The position numbers were made by a program, and so were the translations under genes. From Monocercomonoides exilis PA203 (taxonomy: Eukaryota; Protista; Preaxostyla), in assembly GCA_001643675.2 (NCBI GenBank), contig LSRY02000048.1:434001-498000 (forward strand): DNA of 64,000 nucleotides, in the 5' to 3' direction. Positions 38,500-52,565 of this stretch are shown one piece after another (position 1 is the stretch's first letter; the number at the start of each line of letters is the position of its first letter). Under the pieces are notes generated by a model. The model saw nothing but the letters and a program-made list of their open reading frames with translations. It searched no databases and was not told the origin of the DNA.

Positions 38500-40520
38500 G
38501 ATAGCCTCAAAATCTCATGAGTACGCATCTGAGAACAATATACAGAGAATTAATAACGATGGAGAAATATCCATCTACGTTTGATTTTCTCCGCTTTGAC
38601 ATTATCTTTCTGCTTCTTTTTCTTCAAATCATCTTTTTTCATTTTTCTCAATGAAAATTCTCCTTTTCATTAGATCTATTTGCATGTTTGCCGGAATAAT
38701 TGATTCAAGTGTTTTCTTCTTCTTTTCCCAAGGCTGATATCTTTTCAGTTTTCTTCTTTTCATCTGCTTTCTTCATTCTTCGTTCCATGAAAAGTGAACG
38801 AATCTTCAAACGAGATAGTTCGTCTTTTCTTTCTTTCTTCTATTCTTCTTCCTTTCTTCTCTTTCCTTCTTCTTTCACAATGGATTCAATTGCATCGTTT
38901 CCAAATTTTTCACTAAAAGTTCTTCAAATGACGCACCTATTTCTCTGCCTTTCTCTCTCTCTTCCTTTTCCTCTAATTCAGCTTGTTTTCTTCTTTCCAA
39001 TTTCTTCCTTTGTTGCATTCGCTTCCTTTCTTCTCTTTCTCTCTTATTCCACTTGCACTCTCTTGTGCCTTTTGTGTCTGATTCATTCATTCTGCCTTTT
39101 CTCTATTTCCCTCTCTCAAATTCTATTTTCTCTCTCTCTTTCTTTCTCCACAGGAATTATTCTCTCGCCAAAATTGTTAGGTTCTTGCTCTCTCTTCTCT
39201 TTTTTCTGTTCTTCCCTTCCTTCTTTCTCAACTCCACTTTCCTCGCTCAAAATGTTTTTTCCTTGTTTTTTCACAAATTCTCCATCTCCTTCCTTTCTCT
39301 TCTCCTTTTGGAAATCCTCCAACTCCAACTCAAATTCTGTGATTTCACCAGAAATTGCGAATTTTTCCATAAAAGCATCAAAATGGCTATTTCCATCAAA
39401 CCATTCTGGAAATGACGAAAAGGAATGGTTAATCGAATTAGAAGTTGTTTATCTTTTGAATGTAAATGCCCAGCAAGATCATCAGCCCTGACAAAAGAGT
39501 CGCTTCTGCAAAACACTTTCATTGCAAATATTCCAAACAAACTGCTTTTCTCTTTCAAGCTGTTAAGCATTGTCAGGTTATGTAACATACAAAATAGATG
39601 GTGGAAGTCATGAATGTCATCGTTGAATGCAATTCAATCAAGAATAATCTCAAAACATCTGGTTCTTTTGCAAAGGATTTCAGAGCTTCCCTCTCTTTGT
39701 GGCATTCCTGCTTGTAACCAATCTGCATTCATTGAAAGAACACCTTTATAGAAAAATGAATGAAATAAAAAAAGTCAAACCATCTTTTTTTTTTTGGCAT
39801 CGAAATATTTTCTCATCTCCAATGGATTGATAATAATCAGCCCAGCGGGTTTTCTTGCTCTCCAAAATTTCTTCTCAACTTCACAAAAAAGCAGACAAAT
39901 AGTCAATTAATGGCTTGCAAAGAACTTCATCGAACGCAAAGAATCCATTATGAAGCTGGCCATGATTACAAATGAAAATTCATATTCTCCAAATTAACGC
40001 CTTTTCAAAGACTTATTCAACTTCATGTCTTCGCTGACGGCATACAAGCAGAATTCTTTCAAAATGCAAATGCGATTGGTATTGATGCCTGCCGAGTGCT
40101 TCGTTCAACTAGCTTCCTCCATTGTCCAATCCCCAATTCCCTTTCTTTTTCCACAAAGCCAACCTTCCACCAACAATCACGCAAAACTAATCTTGAGCAA
40201 AAAGATATGCCAAACGAAACATATTTCCCTCGATATGAACAAGAGGTGAAATTCAACTTTTCTAACATTTCCCTCGCTTTTTTAGCATCTTGCTAAAGCT
40301 ATTTTTCATTCAAAATATCACAGTCAATATCGCATCATATGTTTTGTAATATATAACCAAGTCCAAATCTCATGCAATTTTCCTCCACCAATTCACTTTT
40401 CGCAAACAATATTGGAAAACAGCCACTCACTCCTTCATCTGTTAACAAAATTATTGCCCTTCTGCGGTGCTATAACTCGCATGGGTGCATCTGTAGCCGT
40501 TGGACTAAGCAGCTCAAACA
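38500..40520 (-). pseudogene. Degraded coding relic of unknown origin (weak DDE-transposase-like traces in 39600-40300)
   Basis: Chain of short minus-strand ORFs broken by stops and frameshifts, with a Glu/Lys-rich 3' part. Confidence 0.3.
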
Positions 40521-40789
40521 TGCTCTGGCCGCAGCAAATCATCAATCAAAAATCTTCACTTATAAAATTATAGGTTGGTCACCCTTATTAATTTGCATGA
40601 AAACAAGATCATTTTGTTTCATTGATTCATTTGTTTTGAGGCAAAAATCATTGATGACAAAAGAGGTTTCGAATCCTGTATTATTTAAAAAATTTTGATT
40701 TGGTATTTTTAATTCTATTACTTCTTTTGCACCATGAATATTTCAAAAATGAATTTGTATATTATTTTGGATTCATTTTGCTGTTTCGC

Positions 40790-42220
40790 AGTCTCCTTCA
40801 ACGAAACAAACATTTCAGGGTTTGCTTGAAGTTTTTTAGAAATAAATGATTTAATAAATAAATGCTTCTTTTTTCTCTTTTGATTTTTCAATTTTTAAGA
40901 GAAACTTTCGCAGTTGGAACAATTCACTGACGCTGAGCAGGAACAGAAAATCGGAGAAATGAATGAAATGATTGATGGAATGAATGCTGATGAATTGCTT
41001 TCTGTTTTCAACGAAGAAACGTTCAACAAAATTCACGAAATGATTGAAGAAAAGAAAATGTCAATGGAAAATGCAATTTTGCTGATGAAACATGTTGGAT
41101 ATTGTAAAGCGCTGAAAAATATATGGATATCTTGTTAGTTCTGTTCTTTGTTGAACAAAAAATTTGAGGAGATAATTTTTGAAGAGGAGAAGAAAAAGAA
41201 AGACAAAAACGAAAATCTACTGGCCAATCTTTGCGAATGCTATACAATGATACTCGAGAACACGCTTCCTGGAAATTTGCTTGAGATTTGTTTGCCTTGT
41301 CTTTTGAAAGCTGCTTCAAACAAAGGGGGAAATGAGGAAACACAAAAAGAAGTGGAAATGGCGTTATTGGCTTTGGCAAATATTAGCTGTCTGGAGGTTT
41401 GATAATGTTTTGTCAATTTTTATTTTTCATATGAGTCTTAATTATATTTCTGAAATAGAAAATTAAAAAAGAATTTTTTTACGAGGAGATTAAAGAAATC
41501 ATCCTATTTCATCAGGAGTGTCGAAATCTGACACGACTTGTGTATCAATCTGCTTGGTTTTTTTTGATCTCCAGATTGGACAATGATGAAAGCTTGAATG
41601 AAGTGATTATGAATGAATTGCATTTTGGAAGAGAAGCATCAAAAGAATTAGAATATCTGTGAAAGTGCATCGACTGGAAGAGAAAAAAAAAGGGAAAAGG
41701 AAAAGAAATGAAAGAAGTGAGAATTATCTGGAGATGGATTAAAAAAATTGGTTATTTCTTTAACTCATGCAGATCATGGAATGAAGAACTTGTTGGACTT
41801 CTCTGCAGCATTGTTCAGGTGTTTGGAGCATCAAGAGATAATTACGGAGATATGCATTATCAATACCTTTGTTCACTAAGAGAAGCAAAGAGGAACAAAG
41901 CATTGAAAATTGATGTCTTGCTGAAAAGTGGTGCTGCTAATGCTGTTTTGGAGGAGATGCATCGACGAACATTGAATGAGGGTGTGGCATATGAATGCTT
42001 GCAATTCTTTACGAATGTTTCATGTCGATTGAAAGAAAAGGAGAAAGATGAAAAAGAGGAAGTGAAAAGAAAGGCAACGAAAAGGAAGGTTTTTGGAAAA
42101 GATGGAAGAAGAAGGATACGAAGATATCATCACAAGCTTTCATGAAAAATTTGATTTTCTTCGACATAATTATTGTCATGATTTATTGTTGAATGTTTCT
42201 GATTATTTTGTTAACGTTTG
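40790..42220 (+). pseudogene. Same helical family, copy 4, degenerate
   Basis: Motifs EQEQKIGEMNEM and EETQKEVEMALLALAN, ending SDYFVNV. In-frame TAG at 41136-41138, TGA near 41660, frameshift near 42095. Confidence 0.8.
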
Positions 42221-42772
42221 AAAAAATTCATTGAATTTTAAATCACAATTTTCTTTTCTTTTCTTTTTCTTTTTTTCTATTAAAGTTTGTTCAAACTTTT
42301 CCAGGTTCATCTTTTGAAAATGGATAACACAAATTTATATGTAATATAGAAAAATTATATCTTTATCCCTTTTCAACTCTCTTTCTCATTAAACAAACAC
42401 TCTTTCTGATGTTTATCCAATTTTCAATTCTTATGAAGAAAATTCTATTAAAAGTTGTCTTTTTGGCCTGTTTCTTTTTTATTTCTTTATGTTTCGAATA
42501 TTTTCTTTTCGAAATTGTTCATTCTTTTTGAAAACTATAAATTTTTAACATTTATCCCTCAAAAAAAATCTTTTTTCGTCATCAGTTGCAAATTTCATAA
42601 TGCATAATTTTGTGCTCTTCTCTGTTATTATTTCACTTATTCTTTACAATTTTTGTTACATTCTTTAAACTTTTTTTCAAAGAACTTTTGGGAATAGTTG
42701 AACTTCAACAATTTGTTCCTCACAGATATTTTATTTAATTACTGCATTTTCATTCATCCATTAGAATGCGGT

Positions 42773-42970
42773 TTATTTTATTTTATTTTATTTTATTTTA
42801 TTTTATTTTATTTTATTTTTTATTTTTTATTTATTTTATTTTTTATTTTTTTTTTTTATTTTTTTTATTATTATTTTATTTTAATTTGTTTTGTTTTGTT
42901 TTGTTTTGTTTTGTTTTGTTTTGTTTTTCATTTTTATTTTTATTTTTTTTTTTTTTTTTTTTTTTTTTTT
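42773..42970. repeat. T-rich compound repeat (TTTTA)n/(TTTTG)n/poly-T
   Basis: Read directly. Confidence 0.9.
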
Positions 42971-43299
42971 GAGCAATGACAAATTTTAACATTTTTCTTC
43001 GTTATAAATCGAATATATTTGAAGTTGGTTGTCTTGAATTTTTCTTGAATTTTTTTTTTTTTTGTTGTGAGAAATCCATCAATGAAATTCTTTTTGTTAT
43101 TGAATTATATTTTTCTTGTTGATTGAACTTTTAAATTCGGAATGAAGATTGAAAAATGAAATTCAACAAATCATTTGTCATTGAACAGCGCCTGAAAATG
43201 AAAATATAAGAAAGGAACCTGTCTCTCCTCTTTTTATTCATGAATGAATCGCATTTAAAACTGCTTTCTTTTCCACATCTGTATTTTGCTTTTATCCAT

Positions 43300-44130
43300 T
43301 TCATGTGTATTTATCTTCTGAAGCAGTAATGTTCTTTGTTTTTTCAATGCTCAGAGACAATGCACCATCGCAAAACATAAACACATTACTGATCCTGGAA
43401 TGGATGTTGCGTTTGTGCCTCAGTTGTAGTTGCATCTTGGAATTTAAAAGAATCTCAAAAATAATCTTATTGTCGGAACAGCAAAGCCGTTTTCTCTTCA
43501 CCAATTGTGTTTAACATCAGCATCCACACAAGTTATCAAACTTTCGTGTTTCAGAACGAAAATGACATTAGAATGGGGAGAGATATTTGCAGATTATGCA
43601 GCTGGTAGTATCTTAAGCGAAAGAATGTAATGTGTTAATGTCGCTGCTGATTCAGTCTAATCGGGAATTCACAAGGTTGTGTGGCTGCATTGGAGCTTGG
43701 CGAATTGCTCCAAACAGGGGTGTTGTCTGCGTGTAAAAGGAGTGGAGCATAAATAGATGCTTTTCGTTCCGTTTGTTGCTCTGGCTTTTTCGGAAAGGTA
43801 TAAATAAATACAATTCGAGTGGAAAGCGGATCTTCACATCGTTGGATGTGAATTTATTTCCATCGATTTTCGATCTATAAAATCCTTCGATGCTGCCCTC
43901 TGTGATTGAGCAGCTCTTTTCACAAATGCATCAATCAAGGAATTTTGAGGGAAAGATGTATATTGAAATTACGGTGAGAAAAACAGTAGCGTGTGAAGTG
44001 GAGAGGAGACAGTGTAGAAGGAACTGGAGGAGATGGGGATAAGGATGGAAGACGAGGCTCTGCAGCATGCAGTGATAGCGCTGGTGGTGTTGGAGGAGGG
44101 AGGAGAAAAAGATGAGAAAAATTGAAAAAA
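43300..44130 (-). pseudogene. Degraded fragment, probably surface-protein family
   Basis: Ser/Thr/Cys-rich broken frames (e.g. SSNTTSAITACCRASSSILIPISSSSFYTVSS) with elevated GC. Confidence 0.3.
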
Positions 44131-44894
44131 GGAGTAGAAAAGGTGGAGCGAGAAGAGGAAGAAGAAGAAGAAAGTTGTGAGTTAGGTTTTTAATTATTCT
44201 TCTCATTTTCATTTGAATGTTAAAAATCATCATGATTTACTTGTTCTCTGAAATGCATTCTTGCATTTCTGCGATTTGCCCGATTTTGAAGATGTTTGAA
44301 CGAAGGAGGAAAAGAAGGAGGAAAAGAGAAAGGAAGAAAAAGAAGAGAAGGAGGAAGAGGAAATAGAAGGAGGAGGAGGAGGAGGAAAATGAGAAGTCAA
44401 TCGTTATATTATTACTTCAGTCAATATATTTTTGAAAAAGATTTTCATTCTTTTTCGTCGTCAGATTTTTTCTGTTATATTTTGAACAAAAGGTGTTGAA
44501 AACTGGATTCTTTAACGAACATTTCTTCTTTAATGCTTTTGCATTTTTCACCAGAAACTTCATCACATTCTTCTCCAAGAAATTGTTTGAAAATGAAGCG
44601 AGATGGAGAAAAAGAAAAACAAATAAAGAAAATACAAGAGACAAAAACTTAACAGTAAAAATCATTGTTCAAAATGAATCTTTTTGAAGAAGATGGATGG
44701 AAATAATCCATTCAATGAAGATTCATGATGGAACAAATTGAAAAGAAAAGAATGTCATATTTTTCACTTTTTTGAAAAAGGAAAGAAAATCAATAAAATT
44801 ATTCAATTCTTGTTTTCCTCCCATTTTGTGAAATGAATAAAAAAGAAAAGAGAATATAATTTTGGACTTTCAATTTTTATTGAAAAGAATTTGG

Positions 44895-46337
44895 TTAAAC
44901 ATTCACAAAATAATCAGAAATATTCAACGAAAAACCTTCAAGATGTTTTTCGTTTTGAAAAGACATGAATCCATAAAGGCTTGCAATTTCATCTTCAAAT
45001 CCATCTTCTTCCATCCTTTCGAATATCTTTCTTTTCAACACTTTTCTTTCTGCTTCTTCCATTTCGTTTTTCTTCTTTTCTTTCAATCTTTCTGAAATAT
45101 TCAAATAGAAATGCAAACAACTCAGCATCATATCATCATCCAAAGTCGATTGTTTCATTTCCCCCAAAAACAGATTAATAGCTCCGCTTTTCAACAAGTC
45201 ATCAATTTTCACATTTCTCTTTTCTGCTGCTCTTCTTAATGAAGAAAGGCAAAGTTGGCCTGCATCTGGGTCATAATCTCTTGATACTTGAAATAATTGA
45301 ACAATGCTGCCGATGAGTCCATCATTTCCTTCATTCATTAATGTGCAAAAGCCGAGGAAGTTAGTAATTTCATGAAGCCATCTCCTTATAATAGGCACTT
45401 CTATCCTTTCATTTCCTCTCCTTTTTTCTCTTCCAATCCATATTCCTTGTCAGCTCTTCGATTTTTCTTCTTGCTTCTTCCACAAAATGCAGTTCATTCA
45501 TAATCACTTCATTCAAGCTTTTGTCAGGGTACAATCTGAAAATCAAAAACTGCCAAGCAGACTGATAGGCAAGCTGAGTGAGGTTGTGATGCTCCTGATG
45601 ATATCCGATAATTTCTTTGATTTCATTAAAGTACAGTTTTTGTTCGATAATCTAATTAAAAAAATAAAAACAACTCAAAAATATGTGAAAAAATAAATCT
45701 GACCTTCCACATCACAATATTGCTCAACGCCAGCAACGCCACTTCCACTTCTTTTTGAGCCTCCTCGTTTCCCTTTTTCTTCGAGGCAAATTTCAGAAGG
45801 CAAGGCACAGGAATTGAAAGCAATTCATCAGGAATGCTTTTATCGCAAAGCAAAAGATAACATTCACAAATATCTGCCAGTATCTTTTCGTTCTTTTCTT
45901 CATTTTTCCTATCTTCATCAACAAGCATTTTCTCAAATCGATCACTCAAAAAAGATACACTAAATGCATAATCAAAAAAGCTTTTCTTCGTTTTGTAATA
46001 TCCAACATGCTTCAGCAGCAAAATTGCATTTTCCATTGACATTTTCTCTTCTTCAATCATTTGGTGAATTTTATTAAACAGTTCTTTTGTGAAAATTGAT
46101 ACAAATTCTTCTTCATCAATTTCAATAATCATTTCATTCATTTCCTTGATTTTCTGCATTTGTTCATCTTCATTGCAACGCTCCAGTTCACAAAACAATT
46201 CTGCAAATGGTATTCAAAAAAACAAAAATTATGTTCAGAATGGTTCAAAACAAATAAATGAGCAAACTTGAAAACTGTTCTGTTCTGGCCGTAGTCAGAA
46301 TTTCATATTCAGAATTTTCATCATTTGACAAACTCAT
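44895..46337 (-). pseudogene. Same helical family, copy 5; exons 46337-46268, 46200-45704, 45651-44895 with one frameshift/stop at ~45409
   Basis: Exon 1 MSLSNDENSEYEILTTARTEQFS; canonical introns; frame ends WKRKKERK* and resumes in the +1 frame to SDYFVNV. Confidence 0.78.
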
Positions 46338-46979
46338 TCTGCTTGTTTCAAAAAATATTCAAAAATAGGGGCAAAGTCTTGTTAACAACAAAATAAAAGA
46401 TAAATGCAAACATCGTTGATTATCTTGCGGTTCTAAAATGATCGCAATAAAAACGGTTTTGCTTTAGTTATATAAAAAGAAGTGCAAAAGAAAATTTGAA
46501 GAAGCAGCAAGGATTGGTTGTGTGAAGAGACAAATGGAAAATTTTTGTTTCTTTTTGATCAAACCAATATAATAATTAATTACGAAATAGATTTCGATTT
46601 TCTTTCACATTTTGCAAATTGAGTTTGTTTTTTATTGGTATGAAATTGGGTATTTCAATCACGAATATATGGTTATTGTCAGAAAAAAGAAAAAGAAATT
46701 TAACAATCAAATTCATAAAAGAAAAGGCTTTTTCGACTGTTTTCAAACAATGTTCAGATTGAAAATAATGAAAACAAATAATTGCATGCTCAATGAATTT
46801 CATTTGATCATTTTCTTGTTTTTCAATTTTCAGTTTTCATTCAAGATGATTCATCAGATTTGTGAAGGAAAAAAAAGACCAAAAATCAAAAAGGAATTGT
46901 CGATTCAATTCGAAAATCAGTCAAACAGCAGAATGAAATGACATAATGGTTTTTCAGAGAAATGACTTAATTTTGAAAA

Positions 46980-49260
46980 TTCTTGAAGGTCATCTCCAAC
47001 ATCAATGATGGCAGGACAAATGATTGGTGGAACAGCTACGATGAATGAAAAACACCTTTTTCTTTTGTTTTCATCAAACGCTTTGGGAAATCAGAAATCC
47101 ATATGACTTGGATTGAATGGAGATCAGATGAGAAATGTTGATAAGGCAGCTGTGCAATGAGAAGCATCTAGGAAGCACAAGAATTCAACAACACCTTCGA
47201 TTATTCATCAAAAACAAAATAGAAATGAATCAGAGAATTCTGCTGCTCAACCAAAAGAATGAAGAGGGAGGAAGGAAATTCATATTCACTGTCCGAATTC
47301 TTCCCTTTGCACACACTTTTCTCTTCTTGGAGCAAGCCAGAAACTCGTCATTGGACTTCAATGGCGGATGAGAATGTATGAACATCCCTTTTTGAATCTC
47401 TCTTCAACCCTGCCTTTTTCTCTTTTTGACAACAAACAGCACATCCATCAGAAGAAACGCCTGTCTTTTCACTCATTTCTCATCTGATACTCCCAGAATG
47501 TTTCATCTTCAGCTTTGTTTTCTCTTCAAAGATCATCTCTTGTCAAATCATCCTCTTTTGCAGTTGCTGAACATGCTGAAAAGACACGATAAATAAAAAC
47601 AGCTTCTTCAATGGTAATTGAAAGTAAGTTAAACATGCTTTGGGTGAAGCAAAAGAAAGAAGTCTTTTTTGTTGTGTTTCTTGAATTCAACTTTCATTTT
47701 ATGGTGGCCTTCTGAAGGATTTCTCCTCATCATCAACTTCTTTCTTTTTCTTCCTCTCCTTTTCAAACATTCTTCCTCATTGCTTTTGCTTTCTTCATTT
47801 GCATTTCTTGAAAGCAACTGGCAGATTTGTTTATTTATTGGATTCTGTTGCCTTCATAGTTAGATTTTTCAAATTATTCGAAGAAGAAGAAGATGATGAT
47901 GATAAAGAGGAAAAAGAAGAAAACAACGAATACGAAAGAGGATGAGAATGTGTGTGCAATTGAGAGGAAAAGAGGTGTGGATGGCTGTGTCAGTTTCGTG
48001 AAATGAAAGAAGGAGCAGGAAAAGAAGGAGAGGAAGAAGAAGATACTATTTAAGCAGTATAAAGCATGGCCGATACCGCCTATGCTAAAGAGGCAGGGAG
48101 AATACATGTCAGGTTGCATTGATGAAGTCATTGGTGTTGTAAAAGAAGAAGAAGAAGAGGAGGAGGAGGAGGAAGTGAAGAGGTAGAGGAAGAGGAAGAA
48201 GAAAGAAAGAACGAAAGAAGAAAGAGAAGTTGAAAGAGAAATGGAATGAAATGAGTTCAATGTTGCTTTTTCGAAGAAAGTTGAATAATAAAGGCAAACA
48301 GTACTCATTTGAAGAAAATGCAGACATTATAAACAGATTCGAATTTCATAACAGACAATAGCAGCAAGAAAAGGTTGATTTATTGTGTGTTGCAACATGA
48401 GAATATGATGGCTGTCCAAGCAACAAATTCTTAAATAAGAAGATGTTCTTTTCATCAGCCAAGCAATAATATCATCAATGAAGAGATCGAAGAAGAAGGA
48501 GAAGGAGAAGAAAACTCATTGCTCACCAAAATGTTGCTTGAAATGGATTGTCCCTGAGAATGACGCACAACATAAAAAAAATGCTGTTGGTTGAAATGGA
48601 AAAAAGATATAAAAAGGATATTAAAATAATTGGTTTTGCATCGATAATAAAAATTCCTCAAAAGAAAACACATACTCTTCCAATAACAAATGTAGAAAAT
48701 TGTTCAATCACCGATGCTTCCATTCTCCTTTTCCATTTTTTCCCTGTTCTCCTTTCTCCGTCATCCTTTTTTCCCCAATATCCTACTTTTGATATGGTCA
48801 TTAACTTTTACCTCCAAAGAAATTTATATTTTCTTTTCAAGAACAGTATTATTGTTAGCAACCTTCTTCTTTCAACTTCATCCATATTCTTTGAAATCAA
48901 ATTCGTTTTTCATCCACCGCTCCAATTGAACACAAATAATATTCAATTCCCATCTATCGATTGTATCTCGGCATCCGACTCTCTTCTGATGCTCACCTCA
49001 GAAAAACAAAGGAATTGGACATTTTAAAAATTAATCAGATTCTTGGACTCTGAGAAGATGGTTTATAAAAGCATCTTCTTCACAAACAGGAACAATAAAA
49101 AAATCACACATGCAAATATTTTGATTTTTAAAAAATAGAAGAATTACCTTCAAAGATGCTTTTCATAAAAATCATCTCCCCCAATTCCATCATCGACATC
49201 TCTCCGTCGCTGTCTCGTGCAACCTCTCAAAATAATATCGCCAATTCCGCAGAAAATATT
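46980..49260 (-). pseudogene. Degraded coding relic(s), family uncertain
   Basis: Patchy coding-like composition with many stops and no intact frame. Confidence 0.2.
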
Positions 49261-49479
49261 TGCTAACCGTCTCTAATTTTAGCATGGAATATTTTTGTTC
49301 TTTCAAATCTGATGATCTGAATCTCCATCACTTCAAACACAAAAAAAGATTTATCGTTTTTTCTTTCTTTCTTTCTTTGTAATGCCTTGCCAAATATCAC
49401 TAACAACGTAGAATGGCATAACAACTTATATTTTCATGGTTGCTTTGAGCTTATATTTTGCACCGATTTCTTCTTTCCA

Positions 49480-51080
49480 ATGATATCTGAATTCAAATCA
49501 AATGACGAATTTTCGTTGTTTTCTGTCTGCAATATGCTTTCAAAAATGCAGACAACAAGTGAAACTCAAAGGTTTAATGGTTTGTGCTCGTTGTTGTATT
49601 TGAATTGTTGGAGATTACATTTTTTGTTTATTTTTTTAAAGAATTGTTTTCTGAACTTGAGCATTGCAGCAACGATGAACAGAAACAAAAAATCGAAAAA
49701 ATGAATGAAATGTTGAATGAAATGAATGGAAAAGAATTCAGAACTTTTTTCGCAACAGATCTATTCAACAAAATAAACAAAATGATTGAAGAAAAGAAAC
49801 AATCAATAGAAAATGCATTGTTGTTGTTGAAACATATTGGATATCACAAAACATCCAAAAGAATTTGGATTGATAATTTTGTGAATTCATCGTTGTGCTT
49901 TAGATTCGAGCAGATGATTGTTGATGAAAATGAGAAGAAGAAAGAAAGAAAAAACGAAAAGCAACTGGCAGATCATTGCGAATGCCGTCTTTTGATAAAC
50001 GAAGGATTTTCTTCGAAATTACTTTTGATTTGCGCTCCTTGCCTTCTGGAAGCTGCATTGAAGAAAGATGAAAGCGAGGAGACTCAAAAAGAAGTGGAAA
50101 TGGCTTTGCTGGCTTTGAGTCATATTAACACATATTATGTATGTTTGCTTCTATTTCCATTTTGATACTTTTGCATTTTTTTCTGATTTTTATAAGGAAA
50201 TAAAACAAAAACTGTACTTGAAGGAAATCAAAGAAATTATCGAATATCATCAGGAGCATCACAACCTCACTCAGCTTGCCTATCAGTCTGCTTGGCAGTT
50301 TTTGATTTTCAGATTGTACCCTGACAAAAGCTTGAATGAAGTGATTATGAATGAACTGCATTTTGTGGAAGAAGCAAGAAGAAAAATCGAAGAGCTGACA
50401 AGGAATATGGATTGGAAGAGAAAAAAGGAGAGGAAATGAGCAAAGAAGAAGCGAAAGAAGAATTTGCATTGGTGAGATGGGTTGAAACACTTGAGATTTG
50501 TTTTCAAAGCTGTTGATTGAAGAATGAAGAACTTGCTATACTTATTGGAGGCATTATACAGACATATCGAGCAGCAAAGGATAATTGCAGAGATATTAGC
50601 TCTGAGTGCATTTATTCCTTGAGAAATGCAGCAGAAAATAGAGATGTGAAAATTGAAGACTTGTTGAAAGAAGGAGCTGTCGATGCTGTTTTGGAGGAAA
50701 TGCAGCGAGGAACAGTGGACGACAAAATTATTTGTAATTGCTTGTATTTCTTGATGAATATATCAAAAAGATTGAAAGAAAAGGAGCAAGATGAAACAGA
50801 GAAAGAGAAAAGAAATGAAAAGAAAAGAAAGATATTTGAAAAGTTGGAAGAAGAAGGATACGAAGATTCCATCATCGGACTGCACAATCGCGTGATTGAA
50901 GGAATGGGTTTTCCTTTTTTTTTTATTTCTTCTATTTTTGATTATTTTATTTGTGTGCGAGAAAAACGTTTTTTCTTGTTTCCACTTCATTTAATATTGA
51001 ACAAAAGACTTGTTCTTCTTTTTTCGATGGATTTCGAACGAGGAGTTTATTGTCAACACATAGCTTTCTTAAACTTCTAA
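49480..51080 (+). pseudogene. Same helical family, copy 6; stop/frameshift at 50437-50439 and in-frame TGA near 50514
   Basis: Exon 1 ...TQRFN; exon 2 ELFSELEHC...EETQKEVEMALLALSHI; exon 3 NLTQLAYQSAWQF...FEKLEEEGYED. Confidence 0.8.
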
Positions 51081-52565
51081 ATTTCATTTATTTAGTTTTT
51101 TCAGCGTTTCATGTGCGAAACAATTAGCCAAATGAAAAATGAGTGTCGATTGATTGCAACTTATTTCGAAACATATCAATGGTGAAGAAAACAATAGAAG
51201 TGCACAAGTTTGAATGCTTGGATGTTCGTTAAAAAGGAACAATTTTTTTTAAGAAAACAATTGTGTTATCCTTTTATAAAAATAATTGCTTTCGTTTGAA
51301 ATATTTTTGACAATGATACAAATCTTTTTTCATTGAATTTTTTGTTGATTAGAAATGGAAATTTATTATTGAATGTGATTGAAAACAAAAAAGAAAATAA
51401 TCACCAATTATGAAATATGGTTGAATGATCAATTTGGAAATGATTGTTGCTTGTATTTTGTGAGGTATGAAAGAGATCTTGTCTTTATTGTTTTGCAATC
51501 AATGGAGATTGAACACTTCTTGAGTCTGTAAGATTATTTTCTTGCGGGCATTGAAGCGATGTGCGATACTCTCCAAAGAATGAATGATGCCAATTACCGG
51601 CTTTCTTCGAAAATATCTGAGATGAAAGTCTCCCTTTTCGTGCATACATTATCGAAACTTTAATTTTTGCTTTTTTCAAAGTGATTTTCTTTTTGTTGTT
51701 TTTTTCTCTGAAGAATTTTGATGATTGATTCATTTGTATTTGATTCGTTTGTTTTTCAGTAATTTTGAAGATGTCATTTGCTTCCATGAAAATATGCCAC
51801 TGAGTTGATTTCGCTTCTTTTTCTTTTTTTCTTTTTTTCCTTTTTGCACCAATTCAACACATCGAGAAATATCGAAACAAGTTTTGTTTTGGCAAATGTG
51901 AATTTTTCTTATTTCGTGCAGCTCTAAATATTCCGATTTGCAGTTATGGAACGTGCCAGACAAATGAGCAAATATAGGGGAGAAAAAAGCTTCTTGGCAA
52001 AAAGAAAAAAGAAGTTTGAAGTCGTTTTTGTTTTCTGATTTTATCAAACATTTGAAACATGAAAATGAATGTTCCAATTTGAATCTGATTGCTGAATGAT
52101 GGCATCTTATATTTGAACAAGCTTTTCAATTTCTTGTGTGCGAGATATATTTGTCAGGGATGAGCAATGAAACGAATTTTGATTGTTATTTTCAATCTTT
52201 CAAATGAGATGAAAGAATAATTTTTCACAAAAAATCAGACAAACATCAAAGAACAATGCGAAAGCACTCAACAAAAGAGTTCACTTCCTGTGGAGTTCCT
52301 CTCAAAATGGAAAGAAAAAAAATGGTGATTTACTTATTATTGTGGAAAGAACTTTGCATCATCCATCAGTGAAGGCCTTTTGAATACACACGCGAGGTTT
52401 GTCAACTCTCTTCAATCCTTTTCATGACAAATTTGTCACATTCAAATTCGAAGAAATTATTCTCAACTAAAGACACGATTCGTCAATGATATTGATGTTT
52501 GTTCTATCTTTATAAAAAGTGATTTTTTATTCTCTCTCAATATTTGTTGAATTGATTTGTGCAAT

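Noticed and set aside
45400-45420. Euplotes-like programmed frameshift at AAA-TGA in copies 5 and 6
   Set aside because: The two copies need different shifts, other copies read through this linker, and copy 6 has a further stop; a conversion breakpoint explains it more simply.
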